This document shows positions 23,681 through 32,007 of a DNA stretch of 32,305 nucleotides, piece after piece. The translations under genes were made by a program, and so were the position numbers. The notes under the pieces are model-generated. The model made no database searches. It had not been told where the DNA came from and saw only the letters and a list, made by a program, of their open reading frames with translations. Each line of letters opens with the position of its first letter. Position 1 is the first letter of the stretch. This DNA comes from a virus. Taxonomy: Duplodnaviria; Caudoviricetes. The stretch spans positions 1-32,305 of IMG/VR virus record IMGVR_UViG_3300001354_000016; one strand, written 5' to 3'.

Positions 23681-25168
23681 TCACGATACAGATGCAAGAC
23701 GTTCTTCAGGTAACTCACCTCGAGTTACCAAAATAGATATGACTTCTGCTATTGTACAATGCCCAAATTTCCTGTTGTAACATCTTCGTACGACCGCGCC
23801 GTTTTCCCTAGTAGTACGACCACCCCCAGAATAATCCTCGTCATGCGCCCAATCAGAATCGTCAATCGTTAAGGGTTGATCATCAATAGCGCAACGAAAA
23901 CCTTGGTGAACTAAAACATCATAACGCTCGTCGCGTTGTAACGATCGTTTAGAATCTAAACAAACCACACCAAACTGTTCTAAGAAATCTTCTCCTTCGA
24001 GTGTACTATACTTCTTGATTAGTTCGTAACAATGCATTTGTTTTTCTGGATCAGAAAAAGATTTGCCGTTAGAACGCATGAAATCTTTTACAAATTTTTG
24101 AACTCCTTTGTATACCGTCGTTTTCGAATCAAGATCGGTCGCTTTCCCAGTCAAAATACTTCTGGTATATTCATAAGATTCCTTGAATTTACTCCAATCT
24201 TTTATTTTAAAAGAACCGAACTCCGCAAGAACTCCGAAAAAGAACAACTGAAAAAACTCAAAAGAAGAATTGTTATGGCGCATTCCAGTATGGATTTTTA
24301 CTTTCATAAAGTCAGACCAAAACTGACTAACAATATCATTACTCGCTTTTGACAATGTAATCTTTTCTTCTACAAATTCTTCAATATCGCCATAACCTGT
24401 TGCACAATGAAGTCTGTGATGCGATTTCATAGCAACTAAAGCAGCGTACTCAAACCATTTGCCGGAAGGATTCCACTCAGTAGACCAATGAAGTGGTTTA
24501 TTTTTGCCATCATTTCCTTCGAAATATTCAAAAACCTCTCGAACCATATAAGGTTCTACTCGATTATATTCTGGCACTATTTTTACAATTTTACGAATTT
24601 CTTCCAAGAAGAGTGAAACGTCATCTGCCATGATCATATTCATTGGAGAAACTTTGGTTCCCTTGTTTAATTGTCTGAATAAAAAAGTAGCAGTATAATC
24701 ATTGCATTCTGCTATTTGTACAGGAACATAGATATTAGAAGGATCGATCGCCATTGTTTCGCAGAACTCATTAAAGTTCATACCATCAATAAGAAGTTCG
24801 CCTTTTATCCATCTAAGAAGATAACGACATCGATGCCCACCATCAATGGTAATAAAAAGGAATCCGGGATATCGTTTTTTTAACTGTTCGTCATCACCAA
24901 TCCAACGGAACGTTAACATCCCTGTACCGAGATCGACCAACGCTTTACACACATCAAAAGGTTTATTTTTATCACCTTCTTCTCCGCGTTGTCCTATAGG
25001 GTCCGGATTGATTTTTTGACTGACAAGAAAATCTATAAGGTCTTGAAGAGTCCATGTCATGTAAGTCATTGATCCTGACACCATGAACCCGAAAAGGTTT
25101 CTGAACTTGTTATTAAGATTAATTGATTTATTTTCTAACGCAGAACGAATTGATTGCGATGCTATCAT
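23681..25168 (-). CDS. DUF262/ParB-like + HNH protein (GmrSD-like nuclease)
   Basis: QR, IDGGHR (DGQQR variant), FRQLNKG; C-terminal RCAI...AH....GGRTT.EN.......N HNH-like. Confidence 0.65.
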   Translation of the reverse strand: MIASQSIRSALENKSINLNNKFRNLFGFMVSGSMTYMTWTLQDLIDFLVSQKINPDPIGQRGEEGDKNKPFDVCKALVDLGTGMLTFRWIGDDEQLKKRYPGFLFITIDGGHRCRYLLRWIKGELLIDGMNFNEFCETMAIDPSNIYVPVQIAECNDYTATFLFRQLNKGTKVSPMNMIMADDVSLFLEEIRKIVKIVPEYNRVEPYMVREVFEYFEGNDGKNKPLHWSTEWNPSGKWFEYAALVAMKSHHRLHCATGYGDIEEFVEEKITLSKASNDIVSQFWSDFMKVKIHTGMRHNNSSFEFFQLFFFGVLAEFGSFKIKDWSKFKESYEYTRSILTGKATDLDSKTTVYKGVQKFVKDFMRSNGKSFSDPEKQMHCYELIKKYSTLEGEDFLEQFGVVCLDSKRSLQRDERYDVLVHQGFRCAIDDQPLTIDDSDWAHDEDYSGGGRTTRENGAVVRRCYNRKFGHCTIAEVISILVTRGELPEERLASVS

Positions 25169-25241
25169 TTTGTTAACTCCTAAGTTGACGACCCTAAATC
25201 GGATCTAGTTTGAACTTCTATGGCGAAGTTCCTTACCACAT

Positions 25242-25290
25242 ATTATATCATATGTGCACAATATATCAAACTCTATGTAAGTTCTTGATT
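25242..25290 (-). promoter_or_regulatory. Early promoter with IHF-like box
   Basis: AATCAAGAACTTAC (25277-25290), GTTTGAT, 17 bp, TATAAT (25242-25247). Confidence 0.75.
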
Positions 25291-26289
25291 TATATACTTA
25301 TTTACGTTAGCGAGCGATTGATTAATAACTTGGTGCATGTCAAGATATTGATAAGTTCCACACCTACCGATAAAAGATACTTTGTTATTTTTGCGCTGTA
25401 AATACTTTTGGTAAATTTTTTGATTGGTTCCTTCTATATCTTTTACAGGATAGTACCGCTCCATGTTGTTGTCCTTATAGTCGCAAGGAAACTCATATGT
25501 CAACGTAGTGTTGAGAGGATTTTCTCCATGATTCGGAAACAGTTTCCACTCAGTAACGCGAGTCGGTCCATCATATGTTGTGAAGTTTGTCGTTGCTGTA
25601 GTAAAAACATTATTCTGAGGAAGCGTAACAGTTTCAAACTTTATCGAGCGATATGGTAGTTCGCCGTATTCAAAGTCATAGTATTCATCGATAGGCATAC
25701 TGTTAAACACATGGTCGTGAGCATCTTCCATGCCGCGCATAAACTGGACACCAGTTTGGACTTTAATATTTTCGTGATCAAATATTTTTTCAAACATTGC
25801 GGTATAACCATCCGCTGGCATTTTCTGTATGCTGTCGTTTGGAAAATAATATTCGTTGTAATCATCTCGAACGGGAACTCGCTCCAAGATTTTAGGGTTG
25901 AGTTCTTCAATATCTTTGCCCCACATCTTTTTAGTGTAAGGGCGAATGAAGACATCAACTACATTTTCTTCACCGATCAGGTTTTTAGTTTCTCTGTTAA
26001 CAGGTAGAACATAGTACTCACCGTCTGTGTGTTTTGCCAACACCTTATGCTTATAATCTATCCAGTCAGTAAACTGAGACATCCATTCAAAAACTCTTTC
26101 GTTGCTGGTGTGGAAAATGTGCGGACCATATTTGTGCAAACGAACACCGTGTTCATTAAAGTAATCATAAGCATTGCCACCAATGTGTGGACGCTGATCT
26201 ATCACATTAACACGGTGCCCTGCCTCTGCTAACTCTCTGGCATAAACCGCACCAGCGAATCCTGCTCCGACTACTAAAAAGTTACGCAT
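25273..26289 (-). CDS. glf: UDP-galactopyranose mutase
   Basis: GAGFAG FAD motif, HIGGN, HKYGPHIFHT, TRVTEWK, RYYP, GRCGTYQYLDM. Confidence 0.93.
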   Translation of the reverse strand: MRNFLVVGAGFAGAVYARELAEAGHRVNVIDQRPHIGGNAYDYFNEHGVRLHKYGPHIFHTSNERVFEWMSQFTDWIDYKHKVLAKHTDGEYYVLPVNRETKNLIGEENVVDVFIRPYTKKMWGKDIEELNPKILERVPVRDDYNEYYFPNDSIQKMPADGYTAMFEKIFDHENIKVQTGVQFMRGMEDAHDHVFNSMPIDEYYDFEYGELPYRSIKFETVTLPQNNVFTTATTNFTTYDGPTRVTEWKLFPNHGENPLNTTLTYEFPCDYKDNNMERYYPVKDIEGTNQKIYQKYLQRKNNKVSFIGRCGTYQYLDMHQVINQSLANVNKYINQELT

Positions 26290-27313
26290 CTAAAATCTCT
26301 AAGACTAGTTGATCAGAAATGTTTTTATCCATAGGTTGACTATCATAATACGCTATTTTTTGATCAGAAGCAAGTTTCTTCAACTGTCCTTCGTCCATAT
26401 CCTCTAGCATTTTACAATTAAGACCGACATAAGGTTCGCCAAACACTGCACCTTCCCGCTCGTCACAGATAAGAATCGACTCAACGTCAGCAGTTTGTTG
26501 CGGTCTAGCACGCCACCAACCTGAACCAGCATGCCAGTAACCTGCCATCAAGATACCCCACTGTTTGTCAAAAGTTTCTACCATCGCTTGTTCTGTTAGT
26601 CGGACTTGTTTCTTCGCCTTGGAACCATACTGCTTGATTTCCCAGGTAACATCCGCAGTCATATTATTAAACCACTTTTCAGTTTCACCTTGGATAAGTC
26701 CAGCAAAGTTAAACACTTTTTGTTTTTCTGCCTTAAACAATCCAGACTTCTTGGGCAGTCTTCTTACTGAGTATGGCGGGGGATACCAAGCAAAAACTTT
26801 ATCCTTATTCCAGGTAGGAAATAACTTCTTGTAGTCTCCACCTAAATGCGCTGGTAAGATAATAGTCGTATCCTCTTCAGATATTCTGCTGATTGCGTCA
26901 CGAAACGCAGTCTTCCATTCTGCTTTCAAAGTTTTTTCTTTAACCACGTTATTTACATAGTAATCGTTGGTGATCGAATCTAAAACTTTATCAACATCTT
27001 TTTTCCATGTGCTAATATTTTTCGGCGACTGCCAATCTTCGATAGCAAAGATAGCATCAGGTCTCTGAGCGATAGTCCAGAGTGCACTGTAGATGTATGA
27101 ATTAAATGGTGAGATATGCATTAGAAACACAATCACCTTATCATAGGAAGAAAGGTTTTCGCCAATGGTCACAGGTTTTTGTATGACGGTATGTCCGAGC
27201 GCTTCTAAGTTTTCAACCAAACTGACGTGAGCAAAGCAAACGCCTAGTTCAGAAGTCTTGTGAAAGTCGCGCGTAACAGCACCGCGAGTAAACCCTGTCA
27301 CCAAAATTTTCAT
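26282..27313 (-). CDS. T4 beta-glucosyltransferase-like DNA glycosyltransferase (GT-B)
   Basis: By-eye colinearity with T4 BGT recalled from memory: LSSYDKVIV~VNDYDRLIV, FAIEDWQSP~YLFTDIRLP (D93~catalytic D100), IKQYGSKAKKQ~IEFFGNAREKQ, RPQQTADVESILICD~RVWETMASDAVMLID; similar length. Confidence 0.7.
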   Translation of the reverse strand: MKILVTGFTRGAVTRDFHKTSELGVCFAHVSLVENLEALGHTVIQKPVTIGENLSSYDKVIVFLMHISPFNSYIYSALWTIAQRPDAIFAIEDWQSPKNISTWKKDVDKVLDSITNDYYVNNVVKEKTLKAEWKTAFRDAISRISEEDTTIILPAHLGGDYKKLFPTWNKDKVFAWYPPPYSVRRLPKKSGLFKAEKQKVFNFAGLIQGETEKWFNNMTADVTWEIKQYGSKAKKQVRLTEQAMVETFDKQWGILMAGYWHAGSGWWRARPQQTADVESILICDEREGAVFGEPYVGLNCKMLEDMDEGQLKKLASDQKIAYYDSQPMDKNISDQLVLEILDA

Positions 27314-28074
27314 ACTATATTCTCAAGAGTTTTAGTTGGGGTGATAAACTTAGATAGAAACGGCACCTCAGAGCGTTCAAGGTCTCCTAGGCGGCGATCG
27401 CCTACTACCACTTCAAATTGCTTACCATATTTTTTAGTGTAGGTGTCAACGTACTCACGGACCGTATAAGAGTTGCCTGAACCCAAAGGTTCGTAGTCTG
27501 TCATTGCTCCCGGTTCTTGCACTGCACGAACCAAAGCATCGGCGATATCTTCTACATGAACGTAGTCGCGAACACAGGTGCCGTCCTTTGTATTATAGTC
27601 ATCACCAAAAATTGTAAATGTACCAGTTTCTTTTGCCTTTTCGATTGCTAATGGTAGACCTTCTGGGTTAGTTGGATTGCCTCCGCCAACGTTATAGAAA
27701 CGAAAGATCGTATACTCTTTGCAAACGTCTTTGATAATTTCTTCGCACATAACCTTAGACTTACCATACGGAGAATCGGCATCGAACGCTGCACCTGTAG
27801 AGGCGAATATCATTTTAGCATTAGGAAACGTTTTAAGTATGTTAATGGTTCCAGAAACATTTGTGTCATAATACTTGAGCGGATCTCGAACACTCTCACC
27901 TACGCGAACTAAAGCGCCGAGGTGAACTACTATATCAACGTCGTTTTTGACGCGATATTTGTTCGGATTTCTAATATCCCAAACGCCTATATCAGTTTTT
28001 CTAAAGCGTATGTCTTGCATTTTACTTGCAAGAACTTTTCCGATATAACCTTCCGCTCCAGTAATTAAGACCAT
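27310..28074 (-). CDS. galE: UDP-glucose 4-epimerase-like extended SDR
   Basis: TGAEGYIG, VGESV..PLKYY..NV.GT, YGKSK, RFYNV, DGTCVRDYVHV.D, RR.GD. Confidence 0.85.
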   Translation of the reverse strand: MVLITGAEGYIGKVLASKMQDIRFRKTDIGVWDIRNPNKYRVKNDVDIVVHLGALVRVGESVRDPLKYYDTNVSGTINILKTFPNAKMIFASTGAAFDADSPYGKSKVMCEEIIKDVCKEYTIFRFYNVGGGNPTNPEGLPLAIEKAKETGTFTIFGDDYNTKDGTCVRDYVHVEDIADALVRAVQEPGAMTDYEPLGSGNSYTVREYVDTYTKKYGKQFEVVVGDRRLGDLERSEVPFLSKFITPTKTLENIV

Positions 28075-29402
28075 AGTGATACCTTTTTCTTAGTTGCTTT
28101 CGGATGATATTTGTTAAGCATTGCCTCGCCCTCATGCTTAACAATGTAATCATACCACTCTTGCTGGTCCCACATATTTGCACTAACACCGTTCCATAGT
28201 GGGCGCCAATCGGGATGTTTTTTATTCAACTTCCTATCGTCTACAAACTGACGACGAAGCGATTCATATTCCCAACTACCTAATTCTAGCATTTTTTCTC
28301 GGAAATAGCAAACGAGGGAAATGCGTTCCATATCTTCTAAAGTTTTCCCAGCGGGAGGAACCAGTTCTGTGTTGCCGTGAATGCCTTCATGGTTATTAAT
28401 CAGCAACAGGTCTCCAGGTCGAATATTGATCGCGACTCTATACTCGGGCAGAACTAGGTATCCTCCCTCCCACTCTTTATCTTTCGCAATCACCGACAGA
28501 TTGGAGAACCCTGCGTGCAAATCACCGGCATCACGGTGAGCAGAGGTGCGAAAGTTTTTGTTCACCGTTATCGTGGTGAACGGGGTATCCCCGCCAGCGA
28601 CTCTGAATCTGGGGTCGAGTTTCGCTGCTGCTTCATTCTGAACACCAAACCGTTCGGGCAAGAGTCGCTGAAACTCACTCGAGAGTTTGCGCATGAACGG
28701 ATAACACTTCTCGTAAGTCTCACGATGGTGTTCAGTATATGAAGTAGCGCGACCCCATGGGATGCGCGGATACCGATCGAAGAACCCAGCGATACCAGAT
28801 AAAACCTGATTCGCATAGGTTGTGTTGGATACATAATTCTCAAATAAATGTTTTGCTGCTTTAGTTCGTTCGTTCGTAGGCAATTGCAATATTTCTGGCA
28901 ACTTTACCTCGAAGAAGGTCTCATAATCATAACCTTCCTGTTCTATCTTGGTTTTAATCCAAACGATGCCTCTTGCTTCTTCCGGATCGATTTTATTTCT
29001 GTGTTTCTCTCTTATCTGTTCAATAGGATCAACGTCGGAAAATAATTTAGGAGTATTGTTCTTAATAAGAAACTCCATAATCTCAACTTGCTCAGGAGTG
29101 CACCAGTTTCTACCACCCTGCCTTTCGCCTTTTGGTCCAGCAGCAAGTCCACGGTTCTGAGTAGGTTGTGCTGCGTTGACCAATCCTTCATAGGCAGACG
29201 CCTGTTCTTCTGCAGTAAAACGATTTTTTCTAAACTTAAAGATACAAGTTTGCTCGGTAGGACCAGAGGAGATGAGGTTATTAGACGGCGCATAAAAATC
29301 CATGTCTTCCTCTACAAGAAGATCGTAGTCTGAATCTTCCATGTAGGTTCCGAGTTTGTGTTCGCAATTGTATTTTTTATCTGCTACGATTACTTTCGTC
29401 AT
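28065..29402 (-). CDS. TET/JBP-family 2OG-Fe(II) pyrimidine dioxygenase
   Basis: PFTTITVNKNFRTSAHRDAGD (HxD), IHGNT (distal His), RISLVCYFRE (2OG-binding Arg). Confidence 0.8.
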   Translation of the reverse strand: MTKVIVADKKYNCEHKLGTYMEDSDYDLLVEEDMDFYAPSNNLISSGPTEQTCIFKFRKNRFTAEEQASAYEGLVNAAQPTQNRGLAAGPKGERQGGRNWCTPEQVEIMEFLIKNNTPKLFSDVDPIEQIREKHRNKIDPEEARGIVWIKTKIEQEGYDYETFFEVKLPEILQLPTNERTKAAKHLFENYVSNTTYANQVLSGIAGFFDRYPRIPWGRATSYTEHHRETYEKCYPFMRKLSSEFQRLLPERFGVQNEAAAKLDPRFRVAGGDTPFTTITVNKNFRTSAHRDAGDLHAGFSNLSVIAKDKEWEGGYLVLPEYRVAINIRPGDLLLINNHEGIHGNTELVPPAGKTLEDMERISLVCYFREKMLELGSWEYESLRRQFVDDRKLNKKHPDWRPLWNGVSANMWDQQEWYDYIVKHEGEAMLNKYHPKATKKKVSLWS

Positions 29403-29808
29403 GTGCTACTCTTTTTCTCAAATCAGATGTAGAGAATCTATGATCTCTTTTATTAAAGTATATCTCAATTTCTCGGGAAGCGCAAGTAGCGCGACCAGTA
29501 AAAGTTTTATCTTTATATTCGTCGCCGATAATCCTCACGTCAATGTTGACCATCTGCAGAATATCTTCCAAATCTCTTTCCGTTTGGTAAGGAATAATTT
29601 CGTCCACGTATTTAACAACCGAGAGTTGCGTATACCTTTCGACAAGAGACTGAACTGGTGCGTTTTTTTCTGGTCGATCTATAGAAGGATCGACCTGTAA
29701 CCCACAGATCAAATAATCGCATTGTTCTTTTGCTTCTCTTAGCATAGTCACATGACCAGCGTGTAGAAGGTCAAAGGTACTTGCTGTAAACCCTACGATA
29801 CGTGCCAT
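29377..29808 (-). CDS. tagD: Glycerol-3-phosphate cytidylyltransferase-like protein
   Basis: TFDLLHAGH, KYVDEII, IGDEY, FSTSDLR. Confidence 0.8.
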   Translation of the reverse strand: MARIVGFTASTFDLLHAGHVTMLREAKEQCDYLICGLQVDPSIDRPEKNAPVQSLVERYTQLSVVKYVDEIIPYQTERDLEDILQMVNIDVRIIGDEYKDKTFTGRATCASREIEIYFNKRDHRFSTSDLRKRVAHDESNRSR

Positions 29809-30011
29809 ATTTCTTGATCCTCAATAGCGTGCTGAGCACACTGTACATAATCTCTATCTTCTTCGCTAAGTACTGACCAGAACTTGCTTATCTCTAGCGT
29901 AAGGTCATATGCTTTACCAGGATATTCTAAATGGTGATTCGTCTCCATCCATTCCTGTAGAGTATCTAGTCTTAGATTAATCTTATCTCTTAACGTTTTC
30001 ATCAATGCCAT
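29793..30011 (-). CDS. Hypothetical protein
   Basis: 72 aa in the coupled run. Confidence 0.6.
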   Translation of the reverse strand: MALMKTLRDKINLRLDTLQEWMETNHHLEYPGKAYDLTLEISKFWSVLSEEDRDYVQCAQHAIEDQEIWHVS

Positions 30012-30631
30012 CTATAAAATTTATGCTGGCCAATTCTGCCAAGGGGTACCATGCCTCTGTCATTAATCCAATTAGGTTCTACATATGTAGCATGATAGTG
30101 AGTAGCGCCTTCAGAGATGCCTCTCCACCCACCGTTGAGTGCTAGGTCAGCGACAATCTGAGCATCTTCCCAAGCACCTTCTTCTAATGGTTCGTCGCTC
30201 AGACCATCACAGTACCAAGAGAAGTGACACATACCACGAACAGGAACAACGTTGCCTTTCCAGTTCACTCGTGTCTTTGCTTGATGTACGACACCGCATA
30301 TGGTGTCAGGAAAATGCTGAGAGTCTACGCGATTAAGAACAACATCTGCAACACTAATACGCCCAGCAAGATTATCGCTACGAGACTCGTGGTAGACATT
30401 AAGCGACAAACAAAGTCGTTCGCTTTCCTTGACGCCATCAGTTCCGCTTCGATCTGCTTCTGGTAGTTCAGTAGATTCTGGTTCGGTGATTGGTGCTTTC
30501 GGTATTTCCGTCTGCGGTTCACGTGGTATTTGTACATCTTGTTCTTGATCGTCATATGTTACCCCAAACAATAATGATACGAAAGTAAAAAACGATATGA
30601 TGCAAAATAAAATTTTGTTTCTAGACATCAA
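30002..30631 (-). CDS. SleB-type cell-wall hydrolase (Hydrolase_2) with N-terminal TM
   Basis: CL.LNVYHESR, VA.VVLNRV, CHFSWYCDG, GATHYHA, IGQHKFY. Confidence 0.9.
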   Translation of the reverse strand: MMSRNKILFCIISFFTFVSLLFGVTYDDQEQDVQIPREPQTEIPKAPITEPESTELPEADRSGTDGVKESERLCLSLNVYHESRSDNLAGRISVADVVLNRVDSQHFPDTICGVVHQAKTRVNWKGNVVPVRGMCHFSWYCDGLSDEPLEEGAWEDAQIVADLALNGGWRGISEGATHYHATYVEPNWINDRGMVPLGRIGQHKFYRWH

Positions 30632-32007
30632 AATACCCGTATTTTGTTAAGTCCTTCCCTAGAAACTCGCTCGCCAGTGTTGCTTCGATCAAAGACTGGC
30701 GTGTCATCAACAAATTCATTTTCTTCCTGTTTGACATCGTATAGTTTCATCTTAGATCTATCTATACCAATAGCGAATCTTTTTAATTTATTGGGATCAT
30801 TATATCTATTTTTTAACTGTTTTACAAGCATTTTCCCTTCGGACTCTAACTCTTCGTTAGATATAAGGGCAAACATTAAGTCGGCAGTAGCGGGTAAACC
30901 AAAAGATTCTGAAGTATCTTCTAGTCCAGGATCTGAGTTACTATAACCTGTTCTTGTAGTTTGCGTTGCTGAAACTATAGGAACACCAAACTCTACTGCT
31001 AGTCCGCGTATCTCTTCAGCGATTGCTTTAATATACGAGTAAGAATTAATTGCACCGCCCATACCTTTCATACGAGAAGACGAACAAATATTCAGATAAT
31101 CAATAAAGATAATCTCAGGACGAAACGACTTCTTCAATTTAAGTTCGTTCAAGAGGGCACGAAAGTGTGAAGTATGTGCTTGTCCCGTAGGATATTCTTT
31201 AACGATTAATCTACCATTAGTTTTAGCAGCAAGAGCAGCAACCTTATCAGAGAAGGATTGCTTACTAATCCTTTCTAAAGAATCGATAGTCGTATTCATA
31301 AGGTTAGCATCGATGCGTTCTGCTATGCGCTCCTCCGCCATCTCTAAGGTTATGTAAAGCACGTTGTGCCCAAGGGAAAGGCAACTAGCAGCATGGTGAC
31401 ACATAAACAAACTCTTACCGACTCCCGTTCCCGCGAGAGCAATGTTAAGAGTTTTGTTGGGCAAACCACCTTTCGTTATCTCATTAAAAAACTCAAGATC
31501 AAATGGTAATCGTTCTTCTTGTTCATGATAAAAGTCATAACGTTCGTCAGCGTTAAGAAAGTAATCATGCCCAACGTTTGCATCAAAGCATACTGCTAGT
31601 GCCTTTTGGAGCAAATCGGGAATAGCGTTCTTAGTCAAATTCTGATGTGTGCCATTAATGATGTTAATTGCTTCTAGAACACCATTATGAACAGCACGAT
31701 CCTGACACCATTTTTCAGTAGTGTCGAGTAACCAAGTTTCGTCTTCTTCTTTAGCAGTAAAAATATCGGGCAATATATCTACCGCATGCGTTCTCATTTC
31801 TGCATTGATATTAAGTTCGTCTAACTCAATTTTAAATGCTTCGTGAGTGGGAAGTTTGTTATACTTAGAAACATATGCGACAACTTGAGAAAACAACTCA
31901 CGATAAACGCCTTCGAAGTAATCTTTCTTTACGAAAGGCAAAACCTTTCGCATGTATTTCTCGTCAGTTAATAAATTTCTAAGTATAGTTTTTTCGAGTT
32001 CAATCAT
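30628..32007 (-). CDS. 41: T4 gp41-like replicative DNA helicase
   Basis: Walker A AGTGVGKS, ITLEM, IDYLNI, SATQTTR, SESFGLPATAD, QLKNRY. Confidence 0.95.
   Translation of the reverse strand: MIELEKTILRNLLTDEKYMRKVLPFVKKDYFEGVYRELFSQVVAYVSKYNKLPTHEAFKIELDELNINAEMRTHAVDILPDIFTAKEEDETWLLDTTEKWCQDRAVHNGVLEAINIINGTHQNLTKNAIPDLLQKALAVCFDANVGHDYFLNADERYDFYHEQEERLPFDLEFFNEITKGGLPNKTLNIALAGTGVGKSLFMCHHAASCLSLGHNVLYITLEMAEERIAERIDANLMNTTIDSLERISKQSFSDKVAALAAKTNGRLIVKEYPTGQAHTSHFRALLNELKLKKSFRPEIIFIDYLNICSSSRMKGMGGAINSYSYIKAIAEEIRGLAVEFGVPIVSATQTTRTGYSNSDPGLEDTSESFGLPATADLMFALISNEELESEGKMLVKQLKNRYNDPNKLKRFAIGIDRSKMKLYDVKQEENEFVDDTPVFDRSNTGERVSREGLNKIRVF

Noticed and set aside
25170-25236. Riboswitch in the leader of the GmrSD-like gene
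   Set aside because: Only one clear 7-bp hairpin; no aptamer I recognise. An Rfam/covariance search would be needed.
15311-25290. GTAAGTTATTGAT repeats as CRISPR repeats, att sites or transposon ends
   Set aside because: They are dispersed, not arrayed; always at fixed spacing to a -10 box; no cas, integrase or transposase in the window.
25273-28074. glf/galE as ordinary host-LPS auxiliary genes or host contamination
   Set aside because: They overlap and flank a BGT-like DNA glycosyltransferase next to a TET/JBP gene in a phage replication region. The LPS role is disfavoured but not excluded.
1029-30946. All plus-strand ORFs and the short alternative-frame minus-strand ORFs in the track
   Set aside because: They are shadows of longer minus-strand genes with recognisable motifs; I found no SD/promoter support or domain-like content, and the minus strand is already fully tiled.
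30628-32007. Intein or intron in the helicase
   Set aside because: 459 aa with contiguous motifs; no insertion visible.
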